Part shown: one piece after another, positions 62,235-64,000 of the stretch | Position numbering within the stretch: position 1 is the first letter of the stretch | How the letters are laid out: every line of letters begins with the position of its first letter | Assembly (NCBI GenBank): GCA_964501575.1 | Contig: CAZCTP010000003.1 | Span: forward strand, 10,384 to 74,383 | Direction: 5' to 3' | DNA length: 64,000 bases | Source: an uncultured Thermodesulfobacteriota bacterium | GTDB taxonomy: Bacteria; Desulfobacterota; CAZCTP01 | Translations under genes and position numbers: made by a program | The notes under the pieces: generated by a model | The model's input: only the letters and a program-made list of their open reading frames with translations | The model's database searches: none | Told to the model about the DNA's origin: nothing

Positions 62235-63512
62235 ATGGAGCTATTTGAAGCATTTAAAAGATTTTCGGATGTTGCAGAGCCTATAATTATAAAATCTGAT
62301 GTTGTAAGACTCGGGCTAAGATTCAGTGACAGAGCAAAGGAGTCCTTCAAAGAGAGGAAGGATATTCTATATAAAGGATTCTGGCTATTTTCCTATGATA
62401 AGGGAGAACCTGTTATGTATGGAGATAATATACCATTTCTTATAATCCTTGATGATGGAACAGAAGAGGGAACGACGATTCAGGTTAGAACATCTGAGGA
62501 TACCCCGTATATGGTTGATATAGTTGATGGAGAATATAAGCTATTCTGGAATGAAGAACCTATAGGAAGGGTCGGTTTTGATAAGCCCCCAAAGTTTTTT
62601 GAGAGGATGATAGATGGAATTCCTATGGCATCCCTGGTTCAGGGAGCAAGGGATACTCTATTTGTTACTGCTAATAAACATTGTGACTATTTCTCAATAA
62701 AGAAGGAGTGCCTGTTCTGTGATCTTACACCCCATGCCGCTGCCCAGAAAAAGAAGGGTGAGACAATGATATTAAGAAAAAAAGGGGATATGGTTGCTGA
62801 AGTCCTGGAAATTGGGCTTCATGAGTCGAGGTTCAGGCATCTATTTATAACCGGAGGGACATTCCTGAAGGAATATGAGGGTAAGAAGGAACTGGATTGG
62901 TATTGTGATTTCTTAGAATCCATAAGAAAAAGGCTAAAGGTATGGTATCCTGTAAATTTTCAGATAGGAGCCCTTGATGATGAGGGATGGAAGAGATTAA
63001 AGGATACAGGAATTACCAATATTGAACCAAATATTGAGGTATGGAATAGGAAGCTATTTGAAATAATATGTCCTGGTAAGGCTTCCCATGTCGGGTATGA
63101 TGAATGGATAAAAAGGACTATAAGGGCTGTTGATTTCTTTGGAGTCGGGAATGTTAACCCGAACTTTGTTTCAGGAGTTGAGATGGCAAAACCCTTTGGA
63201 TTTACCGATGTAGATGAGGCTGTTGAATCCACAGTTAATGGATTTGACTTCCTTATGAGTCATGGTGTTCTTCCAAGACAGGGGGACTTCTGGTGTATTG
63301 AGCAAAAATCAAAGCTTTCCCACTCTGAACCACCACCTTTAGAGTATTTTATAAAACTTGGAATAGGATATCTTGAGGTAAGAGAGAAGTATGGATTTAT
63401 GTCTCCAACTCTATCATTGTGTAGATATTGTCTCCCTCATGGGACAGAGTATGACTTTGAATACTGGCATGGTAATGGGCCATATTCAAAGAAAAATGAA
63501 AAAGGAGGGTAA
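62235..63512 (+). CDS. Uncharacterised Cys-rich protein X2 (paralog of X1 at 33974..35239)
   Basis: Start ATG 62235 preceded by GGGAGGGGG; about 60% identical to X1 by eye, with the same conserved blocks (YKGFWLFSYDKGEPVMYG, C-x8-C-x2-C in HCDYFSIKKECLFCD, ITGG, EPNIEVW, ICPGK, FWCIE). Confidence 0.5.
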   Translation: MELFEAFKRFSDVAEPIIIKSDVVRLGLRFSDRAKESFKERKDILYKGFWLFSYDKGEPVMYGDNIPFLIILDDGTEEGTTIQVRTSEDTPYMVDIVDGEYKLFWNEEPIGRVGFDKPPKFFERMIDGIPMASLVQGARDTLFVTANKHCDYFSIKKECLFCDLTPHAAAQKKKGETMILRKKGDMVAEVLEIGLHESRFRHLFITGGTFLKEYEGKKELDWYCDFLESIRKRLKVWYPVNFQIGALDDEGWKRLKDTGITNIEPNIEVWNRKLFEIICPGKASHVGYDEWIKRTIRAVDFFGVGNVNPNFVSGVEMAKPFGFTDVDEAVESTVNGFDFLMSHGVLPRQGDFWCIEQKSKLSHSEPPPLEYFIKLGIGYLEVREKYGFMSPTLSLCRYCLPHGTEYDFEYWHGNGPYSKKNEKGG

Positions 63513-63513
63513 C

Positions 63514-64000
63514 ATGGATTTAATAGAACCTTTAGCAGAAAATATAGTCAATATAAATTATAATGATCTCCCAGAAGATATTATAGATATCACGAAGATG
63601 TGCATCCTTGATTCTATAGGAACAATGATTGCAGGTTCAGATGCCCCCGGATGCAGGAATATAGTGGAAATAGTTAAAGAATGGGGTGGTAAGGAGGAAT
63701 CCACAATAATGATATATGGGGGTAAAGTTCCAGCGCATGATGCTGCTTTAGCAAATGCAGTTATGGCAAGGGCTCTTGACTTTGATGATGGGGTTGATAA
63801 GGGGATGCATATGAGTTCATCTTTAATCCCAACCGCATTTGCAGCAGGAGAAAAGATAGGAGGAATTAATGGTAAAGAATTTCTGACTGCTATCGCATTA
63901 GGAACAGATATTGCAGTCAGGATAAGTAAGGCAACACTTGATTATCATGGATTTGATCCAACATTAACTTGTGGTATATTTGGAACAACAGCCTGTGCAG
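63514..64000 (+). CDS. MmgE/PrpD-family protein (2-methylcitrate dehydratase-like), N-terminal part, runs off window
   Basis: MDLIEPLAENIVNINYNDLPEDIIDITKMCILDSIGTMIAGSDAPG... matches the MmgE/PrpD N-terminal domain. Confidence 0.7.
   Translation, partial: MDLIEPLAENIVNINYNDLPEDIIDITKMCILDSIGTMIAGSDAPGCRNIVEIVKEWGGKEESTIMIYGGKVPAHDAALANAVMARALDFDDGVDKGMHMSSSLIPTAFAAGEKIGGINGKEFLTAIALGTDIAVRISKATLDYHGFDPTLTCGIFGTTACA

Overview
AT-rich bacterial chromosomal segment (roughly 30-35% GC by eye), densely coding, with no rRNA, tRNA, CRISPR array, transposase or integrase detected. Positions 1-25,100 are ordinary housekeeping. They hold glpX, a YbgC-type thioesterase, and a threonine operon (hom-thrC plus an ApgM-family protein in the position of the proposed non-canonical homoserine kinase). 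They also hold an aminotransferase, a deoxyhypusine-synthase-like gene, a GntR regulator, thiL, two tandem CorC/HlyC (CNNM) paralogs, pyrF, glyQS, ppdK, a CheY-like receiver with a long polyglutamate tail, valS, nadC, birA and coaX. Positions 25,243-27,248 carry a translationally coupled pair: a radical SAM protein with a C-terminal helix-hairpin-helix, followed by a protein with Cas6-like glycine-rich loops and no CRISPR context. From 27,353 to the window end lies a large accessory, apparently catabolic locus. It opens with a sigma-54 (NtrC/XylR-type) activator and a good -24/-12 promoter match. Behind that promoter sit a MoaD-like beta-grasp protein, a PsrABC-type Mo/W-bisPGD oxidoreductase and an uncharacterised Cys-rich protein (X1). 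The PsrA-like catalytic subunit has no twin-arginine signal; the PsrB-like FeS subunit and PsrC/NrfD-like membrane subunit follow. Further downstream the locus holds two full-length PFL-family glycyl radical enzymes (GRE1, GRE2) with a single activating enzyme, plus a decayed third GRE copy. It also holds a Clp_N-domain protein, an orphan xanthine-dehydrogenase-family Mo subunit, three CrtI/phytoene-desaturase-family flavoproteins (one frameshifted), a UbiD-like decarboxylase, a YciI-like protein and an SDR. Two sets of DUF1302/DUF1329-type secreted/outer-membrane proteins occur, one with a BNR/Ycf48-like protein and an RND/MMPL exporter, and a second X paralog (X2) precedes an MmgE/PrpD-family gene. 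The locus shows several signs of recent rearrangement: a GRE remnant with an internal deletion, a 29-bp tandem duplication splitting a small gene, a 26-bp direct repeat bracketing a GGAAG-rich element, and the frameshifted flavoprotein. The gene mix suggests an undescribed anaerobic pathway for a hydrophobic (isoprenoid- or aromatic-hydrocarbon-like) substrate centred on a novel glycyl radical enzyme. The substrate cannot be assigned from sequence alone.
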